Shown here piece by piece: positions 52,236-61,851 of a stretch of DNA of 64,000 bases (positions are counted from its first letter, which is position 1; every line of letters starts with the position of its first letter). The DNA lies in contig JAHLVW010000016.1 of NCBI GenBank assembly GCA_019058275.1, forward strand, positions 1 to 64,000. The letters run 5' to 3'. A program made the translations under genes and the position numbers. Below the pieces are notes generated by a model. It ran no database searches and was not told where the DNA came from. It worked only from the letters and a program-made list of their open reading frames with translations. Origin of the DNA: Candidatus Heimdallarchaeota archaeon (GTDB lineage Archaea > Asgardarchaeota > Heimdallarchaeia > JABLTI01).

Positions 52236-52898
52236 ATGCACAAGCTAGATAAAACCGACTTACGAATATTAATAGCATTATTGGCTGATTCACGAACAAG
52301 TTATGCAGCCCTTGCTCGAGAGACAAATTTAACTATTCCATCTATTAAAACCAGAATCCAAAAATATATTGATTCAGGTTTAATTGAGAAATTCACAATC
52401 ATTATTGATGAACATATGATTATGAAAGGTACATCAATGACTTTTCTCTTAAAAGTAAAACCTAGTGATTTAGACACAATCGCTAAAGAAATTTATATTA
52501 GTCCCTTTATTGCAAATATGACTATAACTTCTGGACATTACAATTTAGTTATTGTAACCCACCCAATGAGTGACAAAGATAAATTAGAGTTTATTAAACA
52601 CGTAAATACACTGCCCGGAGAATCTGTTATTGAATTAGTTTCATCAATAAATCTTGAGACATTTATGTGCAGGCCAATAGAGTTACCCAAAACCCCTATA
52701 AACCTCCTAATAAGATGCGATTATTGTCATAGAGAGTTTTCTGGTGAAGTATTTTCAAAAGCAATACTTGGTAGGAAAAGATATTTCTGCAGTCCTATTT
52801 GTCAAGAGAAATATGAGGAAAGGGCTAAGAAATACATTAGAGGGGAATTATTCCAACATCCTGATGAGGAAAAAGTAAGGAAAGAAGCTAAGAGTTAA
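52236..52898 (+). CDS. Lrp/AsnC regulator with a TRASH domain
   Basis: LDKTDLRIL..L..DSR.SY HTH; CDYC...YFCSPIC. Confidence 0.88.
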   Translation: MHKLDKTDLRILIALLADSRTSYAALARETNLTIPSIKTRIQKYIDSGLIEKFTIIIDEHMIMKGTSMTFLLKVKPSDLDTIAKEIYISPFIANMTITSGHYNLVIVTHPMSDKDKLEFIKHVNTLPGESVIELVSSINLETFMCRPIELPKTPINLLIRCDYCHREFSGEVFSKAILGRKRYFCSPICQEKYEERAKKYIRGELFQHPDEEKVRKEAKS

Positions 52899-52985
52899 TA
52901 TATCTAATTCTTACTTCACAAGATTTTTTTTCTTAAAAAGACTTTATACATGATAATAGAAGCATATTAATTGGAGATAGAGTAA

Positions 52986-53705
52986 ATGGCTAAAAAGCAA
53001 CAATTTGATGCTGTTTTTTTTGATTTAGATGATACGCTTTTTAATAGTTCCTTAATGTCATTAACTGCAAGGAAGAATGCTATTAGAGCACTAAAAGAAG
53101 CAGGATTAGAGTTAGATGAAGATGATGCTTTCAAGATTCTTATGGGAATTGTAAAAGAGTATGGCTCTAATTATGGCGAGCATTTCAATAGATTAATTGA
53201 GAAATTAGGTTATGAGATTCACCCCAAACTTATAGCAGCAGCAGTTGTTGCATACCATACAACAAAATTTTCTTTGTTAAGACCATTTCCAGGTGTTATT
53301 CTGACTTTACTTACTTTAATGAAATCCATGAAAATCGGCTTAATTTCTGATGGTATAAAAATCAAACAATGGGAGAAGCTTACCTACTTGGGAATTCAAC
53401 ATTTCTTTGAAGCAGTAGTAATTAATGATTTGCCCAGCCAATGGAAACCAGCTGATCATGGATTTAAAGTTGCTTTAAAGAAATTAAAACTAAGTGATGC
53501 AAGCAGAACCATTTATGTTGGGAATAAAATAGAGACAGATATCATAGGAGCTAATAGAATAGGTATGGTTAGTATTTTGTTTGAGCATGAGCAAAAAACA
53601 AATGTTACTGAACTTTCGAATGAAGAGAAACCAAATTACTTAATTGGTAGTAGCTCAGAGATTACAGAAATCGTTGGATTAAAACAATTGAGATGGAGAT
53701 TTTAA
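52986..53705 (+). CDS. HAD hydrolase (TIGR02253-like)
   Basis: FDLDDTL, QWEKL..LG, KP, YVGN...DI.GA. Confidence 0.87.
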   Translation: MAKKQQFDAVFFDLDDTLFNSSLMSLTARKNAIRALKEAGLELDEDDAFKILMGIVKEYGSNYGEHFNRLIEKLGYEIHPKLIAAAVVAYHTTKFSLLRPFPGVILTLLTLMKSMKIGLISDGIKIKQWEKLTYLGIQHFFEAVVINDLPSQWKPADHGFKVALKKLKLSDASRTIYVGNKIETDIIGANRIGMVSILFEHEQKTNVTELSNEEKPNYLIGSSSEITEIVGLKQLRWRF

Positions 53706-53842
53706 GAAAAATAAAGTAAAGAAAATGGTGTTTTAACTGAATGAGGAGGAAACACCATTGAGTAATAAAAGTATTGAGGAAAAGAATTTTCCCCCGTTCA
53801 CTTATTATTTTCGAATTATAAATAAAAATGAAAAATGGATCT

Positions 53843-54109
53843 TTAAGCTTTACCTATAAATGGTTTAGCTTTAGAACCATCGGTACAAGTTGGTACATCT
53901 ACTGATTTTCCGCATCCTTCAACGACACAGTTAAGTTTGTCACCTTCTAGTTCCATGACTTCTCCACAACAAACTGGCCAGTCTAGTGCTGAGCCATCTG
54001 GACATTTGAATAGCAACTTCATCTCTGATTCTTGTGCTTTTGTGGTAGTTTCTTTCAACTTTACGCCTTGTAGGTCTATTTCTGATACTTGCATTTCTTT
54101 TTCTGACAT
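53843..54109 (-). CDS. Small Cys-rich protein with a WH2/beta-thymosin-like N-terminus
   Basis: ATG at 54109 after GGATGGTG; MSEKEMQVSEIDLQGVKLKETTTK followed by C..PVCCGEVM..C..C..C. Confidence 0.7.
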   Translation of the reverse strand: MSEKEMQVSEIDLQGVKLKETTTKAQESEMKLLFKCPDGSALDWPVCCGEVMELEGDKLNCVVEGCGKSVDVPTCTDGSKAKPFIGKA

Positions 54110-54264
54110 TGGTAGATAAACACCATCCTTTTCATAGAGGAAGATTTGATTATTATTTAATATTACGTTAGGGACATCTATAATATAAATTTGATTCATC
54201 AGATATATAAAGATAAAATGATGTAAAAATAAGGGGAATTTGTGAGAGAAAAAAGTACACAAAT

Positions 54265-55455
54265 TCAATTTGATAGATATTTTAAGGCTGTAAGTGCTAG
54301 AATTGAACAACCAAGTGGCAAAGCGTCTTCATCGATATCATATTTCGGACTATGACCAGGATGTATAATTCCCTTTTTCTCATTTCTAATACCCAACCAA
54401 AACATTGATACTGGAATTCTATAATTATCACTGAATTCGTAAAAATCTTCAGCTCCCATGCTCGGAGCATCTGCTAGCAGTACTTTGTCTTCTCCCACCA
54501 ATTCAATTGTAGCTTCCTTGATTAGTTTATTCAATTCTGGATCATTTAAGCCAGGTGAATATCCTCTTGTTATTCCTGGTGTTATTTTCGCACCAAACGT
54601 CTTAGCTACACCATCTGCAATCCTTTTGATACTTTCATATGTTGCTTCTCTTACTTCAGGTTTAAGTGCTCGAACGGTTCCAGTCAGATGTGCTTTTTCA
54701 GGAATAACATTGTATACTGTACCAGCGTTAAACGTCCCAACCGTAACGACAACTGGATTCACAGGATCGGTGTTCCTTGATGCTATTGTTTGTAATGCAC
54801 AAACAAGATTTGATGCAACTACTATTGTATCAATTGTATCATGTGGAGCAGCAGCATGCCCACCTTTACCTTCAATATCAAACCAAATTTTATCTGCACT
54901 TGCTGTAAAACAGCCATCTTTTACCTTTATATGACCTACATTAGTTTCATCATCTACATGAAGTGCGATAACAGCTGAAACATCTGGATCCTCAAGTGCA
55001 CCTTCTTGAACCATTGGTTTTGCTCCGCCCAAACCCTCTTCAGCAGGTTGAAAGAATAATTTAATGTTCCCTTTTATCTTATCCTTCATTTTTACAAGAA
55101 TTTTAGCAATACCTAACAACATTGTAGTGTGAGCATCATGTCCACAAGCATGCATCACACCATCGATTTTTGATTTGTATGGAACCTCATTTTCTTCTTG
55201 CAATGGTAAAGCATCCATGTCTGCACGAATTCCAATCGTTTTACCATCACCAGTCGTCCCCCTAATTAGTCCAACAACACCAAACTTAGCAACTTTTGTT
55301 TTAACTTCAATACCAAGCTCTTTTAGCTTTTTAATCACTAATTCCGATGTCTTTTCTTCTTCATATCCTAATTCAGGATACATGTGAATGTTTCTTCTTG
55401 TTTCAATAACCTCATCTTTTATTTCTTGAGCTATCTTCCACACTGCATCTTTCAT
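54265..55455 (-). CDS. M20D amidohydrolase (CpsA/HipO-like)
   Basis: HMYPELG, RADMDALP, MHACGHD, FQPAEEG, GAEDF. Confidence 0.92.
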   Translation of the reverse strand: MKDAVWKIAQEIKDEVIETRRNIHMYPELGYEEEKTSELVIKKLKELGIEVKTKVAKFGVVGLIRGTTGDGKTIGIRADMDALPLQEENEVPYKSKIDGVMHACGHDAHTTMLLGIAKILVKMKDKIKGNIKLFFQPAEEGLGGAKPMVQEGALEDPDVSAVIALHVDDETNVGHIKVKDGCFTASADKIWFDIEGKGGHAAAPHDTIDTIVVASNLVCALQTIASRNTDPVNPVVVTVGTFNAGTVYNVIPEKAHLTGTVRALKPEVREATYESIKRIADGVAKTFGAKITPGITRGYSPGLNDPELNKLIKEATIELVGEDKVLLADAPSMGAEDFYEFSDNYRIPVSMFWLGIRNEKKGIIHPGHSPKYDIDEDALPLGCSILALTALKYLSN

Positions 55456-55549
55456 TAATTCTACCTCACATTACATTAATACACTGAAATTTAAAAGTAA
55501 CTCAAAACTTGAGTTAATAATTGATTAACTATTGAGATTACAAAAGAAG

Positions 55550-55840
55550 TTACTTTCTTAAACGATATTTGCTAATCGTGTTTAAAATGGATTTCTCAAC
55601 ATCAATATCTAAACCTCTTCCTAAAGCAATCACAGCGAATAAAAGGTCGCCAAATTCCTCTGCAAGCTTTTCTTTAGTTGTTGATTTTCCTGGATGTAAT
55701 CCTGCATCTATCTGTAATTCTTTAGAAAATTCACCTAATTCTTCAATAACGGGTTCGATTAACCATTCCTTTGACCAGTAACCACCTAATATATCAATCA
55801 ATTGATCGACTTCTTTGCAAATTGATTCGAGATCAGTCAT
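55550..55840 (-). CDS. MazG-like nucleotide pyrophosphohydrolase
   Basis: GGYW, EELGE, EEFGDLLF. Confidence 0.85.
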   Translation of the reverse strand: MTDLESICKEVDQLIDILGGYWSKEWLIEPVIEELGEFSKELQIDAGLHPGKSTTKEKLAEEFGDLLFAVIALGRGLDIDVEKSILNTISKYRLRK

Positions 55841-55913
55841 TTACATCATCTACTATAAAATAGTCAAGTAATTCTTTAGAATAAAATTTAACGGTAATTT
55901 AGGTTAAATAATG

Positions 55914-57947
55914 TTATTCAGTTTGATATTCAGAAGCACTTACTAACCAAAAAGTTTCTTTTAAATATTCGATGCCTTGATTCAGATAAGTTTCCCTTTT
56001 CTTAGCTAGTTGTTCTTCACTTAGATCTTTCTTATCTAGCTTTTTCAATTCTTTTAGTTCTTTTTTGATTGAATCTGTGAATTTTTCCATTCCTAATTCA
56101 TCTGCTAATTCAATTGCTTCTGTTAATTCTTCAATACCGTCTTCAATATCATTCTTATAAGCAAGAACTTTACCAAGAACTTTTTTCGTATACATCGTTA
56201 ATGGCAGGAATTCTAAATCTAGAGAGATGAATAGCATATCATCCATTGTTTGGAGTACTTCCTCCATTATAGAATCATCCTTCTTCTCTTGAAAATTCAT
56301 AATTTGAACTACTGCTTTTTCAACTAATGCTAAAGCCATAGTTAAAGCTGAAGGAAATTCCTGTGCTTTTTCGAAGACAGTTTCTAAGAGCTTTTCTGCT
56401 TGAACAAGTTCCTTTTTCTGAATGTGGAAGCGTATTTTAGATATCAATGCTTGAACATTTTCTTCTTCTGAATCATGAATTGAAGCGAATAAATCCGCTC
56501 TGCTCATATATGCTTCAGCTAAAGCTAGTTTTCCAATTGCTGTTGAAATTTCAAATAACCAATTAAGAATATCAAAGTAAATATCATTCTTGATGTTTAA
56601 TTTCGTACAGTAATTTAAAGCATCCTCAAATTCATTAAATGCTGAATCTAAGTTGCCAACAATCGCATTTAATTGTCCAAGCTTCATTCTATCAATCAAT
56701 AAATCTTCTTCACTGTATTCGAATTTTAATTTGTAGATAATCGCTCTACTCCTGTTTTCAACAGCAGACCAGAAATCACCTGAGATAAAATCAACATGCG
56801 CTAAACCATCATAGATTTTTGGCAATAAATAATCAAAACTATTTTTCTGAGTGATATCTAGTACTTTTTTGAATGTGGCCAATGCTTCAGCATATTGACC
56901 ATGTTTATAGGATATTTTTGCTAACGAAGTCAAAGCAACAGCCATGCCATAAAAGTCCTTCATATCTTCAGAAAGATTATAAGATTTAGTAAAATATTGC
57001 TCTGCTTTATTTTGCTGATCATTGTTCTCAGCCAATTGAGCTAGCAATGTTAAACAAATTGATACACCTATTCTATCCTTAAGTTTTTCATAAGCTTTTT
57101 TAGCTTCTAGATATGTTTTTTCAGCTGTAGTAATATCGCCTTGTTTCTCGATAAGTTGCCCTTTTATTCGAATAGCTTTTGCTTCTAATGCCAAATACTT
57201 CAACGTTTTAAAAGTTGTAAAAACCTTGGTTAGATAATTGTTAGCTTCATCCAATTTCCTTGACAAGATATTTGATAGCGCTAAATCTAACTCAAAATGC
57301 GTCATCCAATAATGATCACTAACTTCTTCTGCTAATTCATAAACAGGAGTAATTTCATTGATAATTTCAGTTGGAGATAATTGTTGAGATTTAACTCGAT
57401 TCTCAATGAGATAAGCAGGCATGAACTTATGATCAAAATCAGGTAATTTTCCTTTATTTTCTTCCTCAAATTTAGCAATCCTTTCCAAAATTGCCTCAAG
57501 TTTTTCTTTATCTTCAGTTCCTCTCACAAAATAAATTTGTGCTAAAACACCCAAACACTCAATAAACTGAAGGTGGTCATTGTCATTTTCAATTTTCTCT
57601 TTAATATCTTCCAAAATATGTGTTGCTTCGTCCATTTGACCTTGAACAGCCAGAGCTAGGGCATACCAGATTCTAGCACCATCATTATCATATTCTTTGC
57701 TTTTGAATTCTTCAGTTTTAAAGAAATCATATTGTGATTGGAAATAAGCAATTTTTGATGCTAAATAAATAATTTCAGTATCTTCTGGAGGTAGAGTTGG
57801 TGATTTGGAAATTTTCAGGAACCTATTGAAAAAAACATGTATATTAGAAGAATCTTGATCTAATCTTTCAAATTGAAACTCAATTGCATCCAAAGAATCT
57901 TTTGATAGTCTTGTTTCATGTAATTGAAATGCTTTTGGAAATACCAA
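55914..57947 (-). CDS. TPR-repeat protein
   Basis: Multiple TPR-like units (e.g. LAKISYKHGQYAEALATFKKVL). Confidence 0.85.
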   Translation of the reverse strand: MVFPKAFQLHETRLSKDSLDAIEFQFERLDQDSSNIHVFFNRFLKISKSPTLPPEDTEIIYLASKIAYFQSQYDFFKTEEFKSKEYDNDGARIWYALALAVQGQMDEATHILEDIKEKIENDNDHLQFIECLGVLAQIYFVRGTEDKEKLEAILERIAKFEEENKGKLPDFDHKFMPAYLIENRVKSQQLSPTEIINEITPVYELAEEVSDHYWMTHFELDLALSNILSRKLDEANNYLTKVFTTFKTLKYLALEAKAIRIKGQLIEKQGDITTAEKTYLEAKKAYEKLKDRIGVSICLTLLAQLAENNDQQNKAEQYFTKSYNLSEDMKDFYGMAVALTSLAKISYKHGQYAEALATFKKVLDITQKNSFDYLLPKIYDGLAHVDFISGDFWSAVENRSRAIIYKLKFEYSEEDLLIDRMKLGQLNAIVGNLDSAFNEFEDALNYCTKLNIKNDIYFDILNWLFEISTAIGKLALAEAYMSRADLFASIHDSEEENVQALISKIRFHIQKKELVQAEKLLETVFEKAQEFPSALTMALALVEKAVVQIMNFQEKKDDSIMEEVLQTMDDMLFISLDLEFLPLTMYTKKVLGKVLAYKNDIEDGIEELTEAIELADELGMEKFTDSIKKELKELKKLDKKDLSEEQLAKKRETYLNQGIEYLKETFWLVSASEYQTE

Positions 57948-58251
57948 TTATTTGCCCTCAGTTTCCAACTTAGTAGTATTTTATATCTCGACCTAAAAAA
58001 CAGTTTCCTATTATGTGGATATTTCTATTCTTAGGTTATTCTGAAGAGTAGTTATTTATTAGTGTTGGAGTTTTTTAATGTTTATTATTGATTAAAAAGT
58101 TAAATTAAAAGTCTTTTTAAGAGCAAAAGTAAAATACTCAAAAGAAATTTCCCTATCTAAAAGATAATAAGGTAGTTTAACAGCTTTTTTCTACAAGAAA
58201 AAGCTTTTTCAATTTAGACAAGAACAATTTTTCGAATAACGGTGATTAAAT

Positions 58252-59724
58252 ATGAGTGATGGAGCTAGCAACATGAGTCAAAAGCAACTTGAGAAATTGC
58301 AAAAGAAAGCTAAAGAAATGGGTTATTCAAATTTAGCATTTTTCGTTGATGATATCGATATGCTTTTGCGTCCTGCTAATTTATTGAAACAAAAAGATAT
58401 GAAGTATTTTGAGCTTGAAAATTTGATTTCACTTCTCAATAGCAAGAATGTTAGCTTAGGTATGGCCCCCCGTATGATAAGCATGGTTTCAAAATATTCT
58501 GAGAGGAATGAAGAATTAGAAACAGAAAACGCTTCATTGAAGCAATCCAATATAACCATGCGAAGTAAGTATCAAACTGCTGAAGCTCATGTTAAAGAGC
58601 TTACCAAGCAATTATCTGACCTTTCCGTTGGGTCAAAAACAGACGCAAAGATTAGGGAGCAAAATATTAAGCTTATAGAAGAAAACAAGTACCTAAAAAT
58701 GACAAATGATTCATTATCAGGCGACTTGAAGAAAACAAAGGAAAAACTTGACCAGAAGTTAGACGAAGCTAATAATCTTGAAGTTGAAAACACTCAATTG
58801 GAGTTAAAGGTTAAAGACTTAAAACGAGAATTAAAGGAAGTAAGTCTTGAATATGAAGAAATAAAGAAGAAAGGAACAGGAGAAGATCAAACTAAGAAGA
58901 AAATTGAGGAATTGATCGAGGAACTTGATGAGCTTTATGGAACTATAGATGATCCATTTAAAAAAGAGTTCTTAGCCTTTATGGGAGTAGAATTATCAGA
59001 AATTGTTGATGATAGACATATCACCAAACAAAAGGTCTTGAATCAGATATCTATACATGCAAGGGAAATTGAAAAAATCTTTGAACCCCAAATTGCTACT
59101 CTTAAGAGAGCACAAGCAACAGCTTCGCAAATTGCAACAACTCCAGTAACAAGAGCATCTATGAAAACAGAAAAAGTCAAAGAATCTGAAGAAAAGGATA
59201 TAATTCCAGAACCAGTAAAAAGGAAAGCACTTGAACCAGTCGAAACACCAGCTGAAGATGACCTTGATATTCCTGATGAAGATGATGTTGGTGATAGATA
59301 TGTTAAACCTAGTGAGTTCTTAAAGGGTAAAAGCGTACATACAGGAGAAGCAGTTAAAGAGAAGGAAGCTCCAGTAACTGCAGAAGATGGTGGTTTAGAA
59401 CTTGCAGAAGAAGCTGTAATTCCTAAACTAAAACCCGTTTCTTATCCTAAGGAAAAAAGGAGATCTAAGAAAGTAGCTCCTGTTGATAGAACTCCAAGTC
59501 CAGAATTGATAAAAGTCTTTGATGTTTTTATCAAATATTTAGAAGCAATTACTGATAACAACTCTTACAATGATATCTGCGATAAAATCATTGAGCAATT
59601 GTACGAACACGTTGGTTCTCCTGGTATGACCAAAGTGTACAAAATTAAGAGCGGTGGCGTAAGGCGAAAGCAACTGCTTGTAGATCTCTTAATAAAATGG
59701 AAAGCAAAATTACCTGAAATGTAA
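58252..59724 (+). CDS. Coiled-coil protein with a disordered linker and a C-terminal helical domain
   Basis: Heptad-rich aa ~80-235; Pro/Glu/Lys-rich linker. Confidence 0.75.
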   Translation: MSDGASNMSQKQLEKLQKKAKEMGYSNLAFFVDDIDMLLRPANLLKQKDMKYFELENLISLLNSKNVSLGMAPRMISMVSKYSERNEELETENASLKQSNITMRSKYQTAEAHVKELTKQLSDLSVGSKTDAKIREQNIKLIEENKYLKMTNDSLSGDLKKTKEKLDQKLDEANNLEVENTQLELKVKDLKRELKEVSLEYEEIKKKGTGEDQTKKKIEELIEELDELYGTIDDPFKKEFLAFMGVELSEIVDDRHITKQKVLNQISIHAREIEKIFEPQIATLKRAQATASQIATTPVTRASMKTEKVKESEEKDIIPEPVKRKALEPVETPAEDDLDIPDEDDVGDRYVKPSEFLKGKSVHTGEAVKEKEAPVTAEDGGLELAEEAVIPKLKPVSYPKEKRRSKKVAPVDRTPSPELIKVFDVFIKYLEAITDNNSYNDICDKIIEQLYEHVGSPGMTKVYKIKSGGVRRKQLLVDLLIKWKAKLPEM

Positions 59725-59780
59725 AAAAAATAGATTTACGTGAGAGAAGAGATTAAACTCGTCTTTCAAACTCATTCTTT

Positions 59781-60215
59781 TTAAAGCTGTATTTCTGCAA
59801 TCTGATTTAATGCATGTGCAGTCATGCCACTTTTAATAAATCTGAGTCGTACTTGTTTTGATTTATCTTTTCCATGAATTCCAATAACTATTCCTTTTGC
59901 TGTTGCTTCGCTTTCTGGGAACTTTATTATGAATTTTTTACCAATTAATGTTTTATGATTATACTCGTCAAAAATTTTAGCAATAGCTTGATTTGTTGTT
60001 TGTAATCTATTATTTCTACGATAGCTCATAATAATAGCCTTAACCACTTTAGGCTTTCTAGCTGCAGGTTTTTTGGTTGCTGTAGTAGTTTTCTTAGTTG
60101 TTGGTTTCTTTGTTGTTTTAGCTGCAGGTTTTTTAGCTATAGTTGAGCTTTTTTTTGTAGAAGATGAGCTTTTTGATGTTGGTTTCTTTGTAGTTTTTTT
60201 ACTTTTTCGTGACAT
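59781..60215 (-). CDS. rpl35ae: Ribosomal protein L35Ae (eL33) with a basic N-terminal extension
   Basis: AIIMSYRR..Q..NQAI, LIGKK, G.VIGIHG...VRLRF. Confidence 0.82.
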   Translation of the reverse strand: MSRKSKKTTKKPTSKSSSSTKKSSTIAKKPAAKTTKKPTTKKTTTATKKPAARKPKVVKAIIMSYRRNNRLQTTNQAIAKIFDEYNHKTLIGKKFIIKFPESEATAKGIVIGIHGKDKSKQVRLRFIKSGMTAHALNQIAEIQL

Positions 60216-60339
60216 AAGAAATCACATTCTTTATCCTCTAATTTAGGGGATAAAAGGTCTATTCTAAAAGGTTTTCCCTACAACTGATTTTTCTCAAGGA
60301 TAAGCAGTCATGTAGAGTTTAAGTAAAAGCTCAATAAAG

Positions 60340-61770
60340 CTACTTCACTATCTCACTTTTAAATTGAGTTTCAACCTTTAAGAGCGTATTTTCCAAACTC
60401 TCCAAAAATTCTTCAATTTCTTTCTTCTTTATATTTACAACTCTGCCAGATTGATGTACGAGAGTGTTCCTTTTCTTGCGGATTGTATTGAACGCTTTTT
60501 CTTCTTTTTCGGAAATGAATTCTTTATCTTTAAGAAATTGCAATATCATTGAGAAATTTGTGTATATCTCAATTGGAGCATCATATCGTTCTATTAAACT
60601 CTTGAATAACTGCTCAGTTGATCTGAATAAAAATACTAATGAGGTTGCATGTTCTTCTTCTGATATTTTATCCCAAAGTTTTAAACGATTTTTAACATAC
60701 TCGATGTCAGTTTTTAGTGATGTTACTTCATGCTCATAACTAAAGACCCCTCTAGCTATTTCATAGAAGGGACTGTCAAAGAAGCGATCCTTAATTATTG
60801 CAGTTTGTTTTGGTGAAACTTTCAAACTATCTAATATAGGTCTATAGATTCTCCAAGCTTGTTGCTTTGCTACTTGATTTCTAGCATAAACACGTAATGC
60901 TTCAGATAATGGTTCAGCAAATTCATCCCGAAATATTAGATCAATACGTCTTGGATGTTTTCTAATTAATCTATCACCAACTAAATTTTCAATTGGAAAT
61001 TGACTTAATGCTCTGATGTAGTTATTTCTTTTAATCTGTTCCTCTTCATCAACAGGAATAACTATTGGTAACGTTTCCAACATTAATTTTCTTAATCTAC
61101 CTACTGAATAATAAGCAAGGATATCACTTAAAATTGTCATTACAGCAAAGATTGAAACAAAGATTGCAATATTAACTGGATTATCGATTTTATCAATCAC
61201 AACAAAATCCAATTCAATTGGTCTGAAATGCAATATTATTACACCTATCAAATCAGCTAATGAAAGAATGGACCACATAGTTGAGAACAAGAATAAAGTT
61301 TCAAAACTGCTAAGTAAAGTTTCTTTTCTACTACTACGAGTTCTACTAACATATGAGTCGATATATAATCCTCTTACTTCTTCAACTAATTCAGGTATAA
61401 GTTGTTCATCTATTGCTTGATGTATTTTAGCTTTTTGTTTTTCTGTCAAGCTTTCTTCATCATCTGAAAAAATGAAAAGTGATTCAATGTTATTTTTCAG
61501 ACTTGTTTCATATGATTTCCCTACACTACTAACAAAATAGATGAACATTGGTGATATCATGTAGAAGAATAGAGCTGGAGCTATTAACATTAAAGCCCAT
61601 AAAATAATACCCCAATTCAACTCAACACCTTTTGCTGAAGTATAAATTGCATAAACAATAAACTCAAGGATGATGGGAGAATAAACACCAAGTAAGAATC
61701 TCTGATTAAAGAGAGCGTTAGTAGTCCTTAACCGTGAAAAATAGCCAGATTCACTCAACAGATTCACCAA
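60340..61770 (-). CDS. Membrane protein with a C-terminal HEPN-like domain
   Basis: 4 TM segments; FRSTEQLFK helix and RNTLVH (RxxxxH). Confidence 0.7.
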   Translation of the reverse strand: MVNLLSESGYFSRLRTTNALFNQRFLLGVYSPIILEFIVYAIYTSAKGVELNWGIILWALMLIAPALFFYMISPMFIYFVSSVGKSYETSLKNNIESLFIFSDDEESLTEKQKAKIHQAIDEQLIPELVEEVRGLYIDSYVSRTRSSRKETLLSSFETLFLFSTMWSILSLADLIGVIILHFRPIELDFVVIDKIDNPVNIAIFVSIFAVMTILSDILAYYSVGRLRKLMLETLPIVIPVDEEEQIKRNNYIRALSQFPIENLVGDRLIRKHPRRIDLIFRDEFAEPLSEALRVYARNQVAKQQAWRIYRPILDSLKVSPKQTAIIKDRFFDSPFYEIARGVFSYEHEVTSLKTDIEYVKNRLKLWDKISEEEHATSLVFLFRSTEQLFKSLIERYDAPIEIYTNFSMILQFLKDKEFISEKEEKAFNTIRKKRNTLVHQSGRVVNIKKKEIEEFLESLENTLLKVETQFKSEIVK

Positions 61771-61851
61771 GTAATTAACTGAAAAAGTAATTTAAGAATG
61801 CTTCTTAAATATTTATTGAATTACTATCATATGTTGTATTAACAGATTGAG

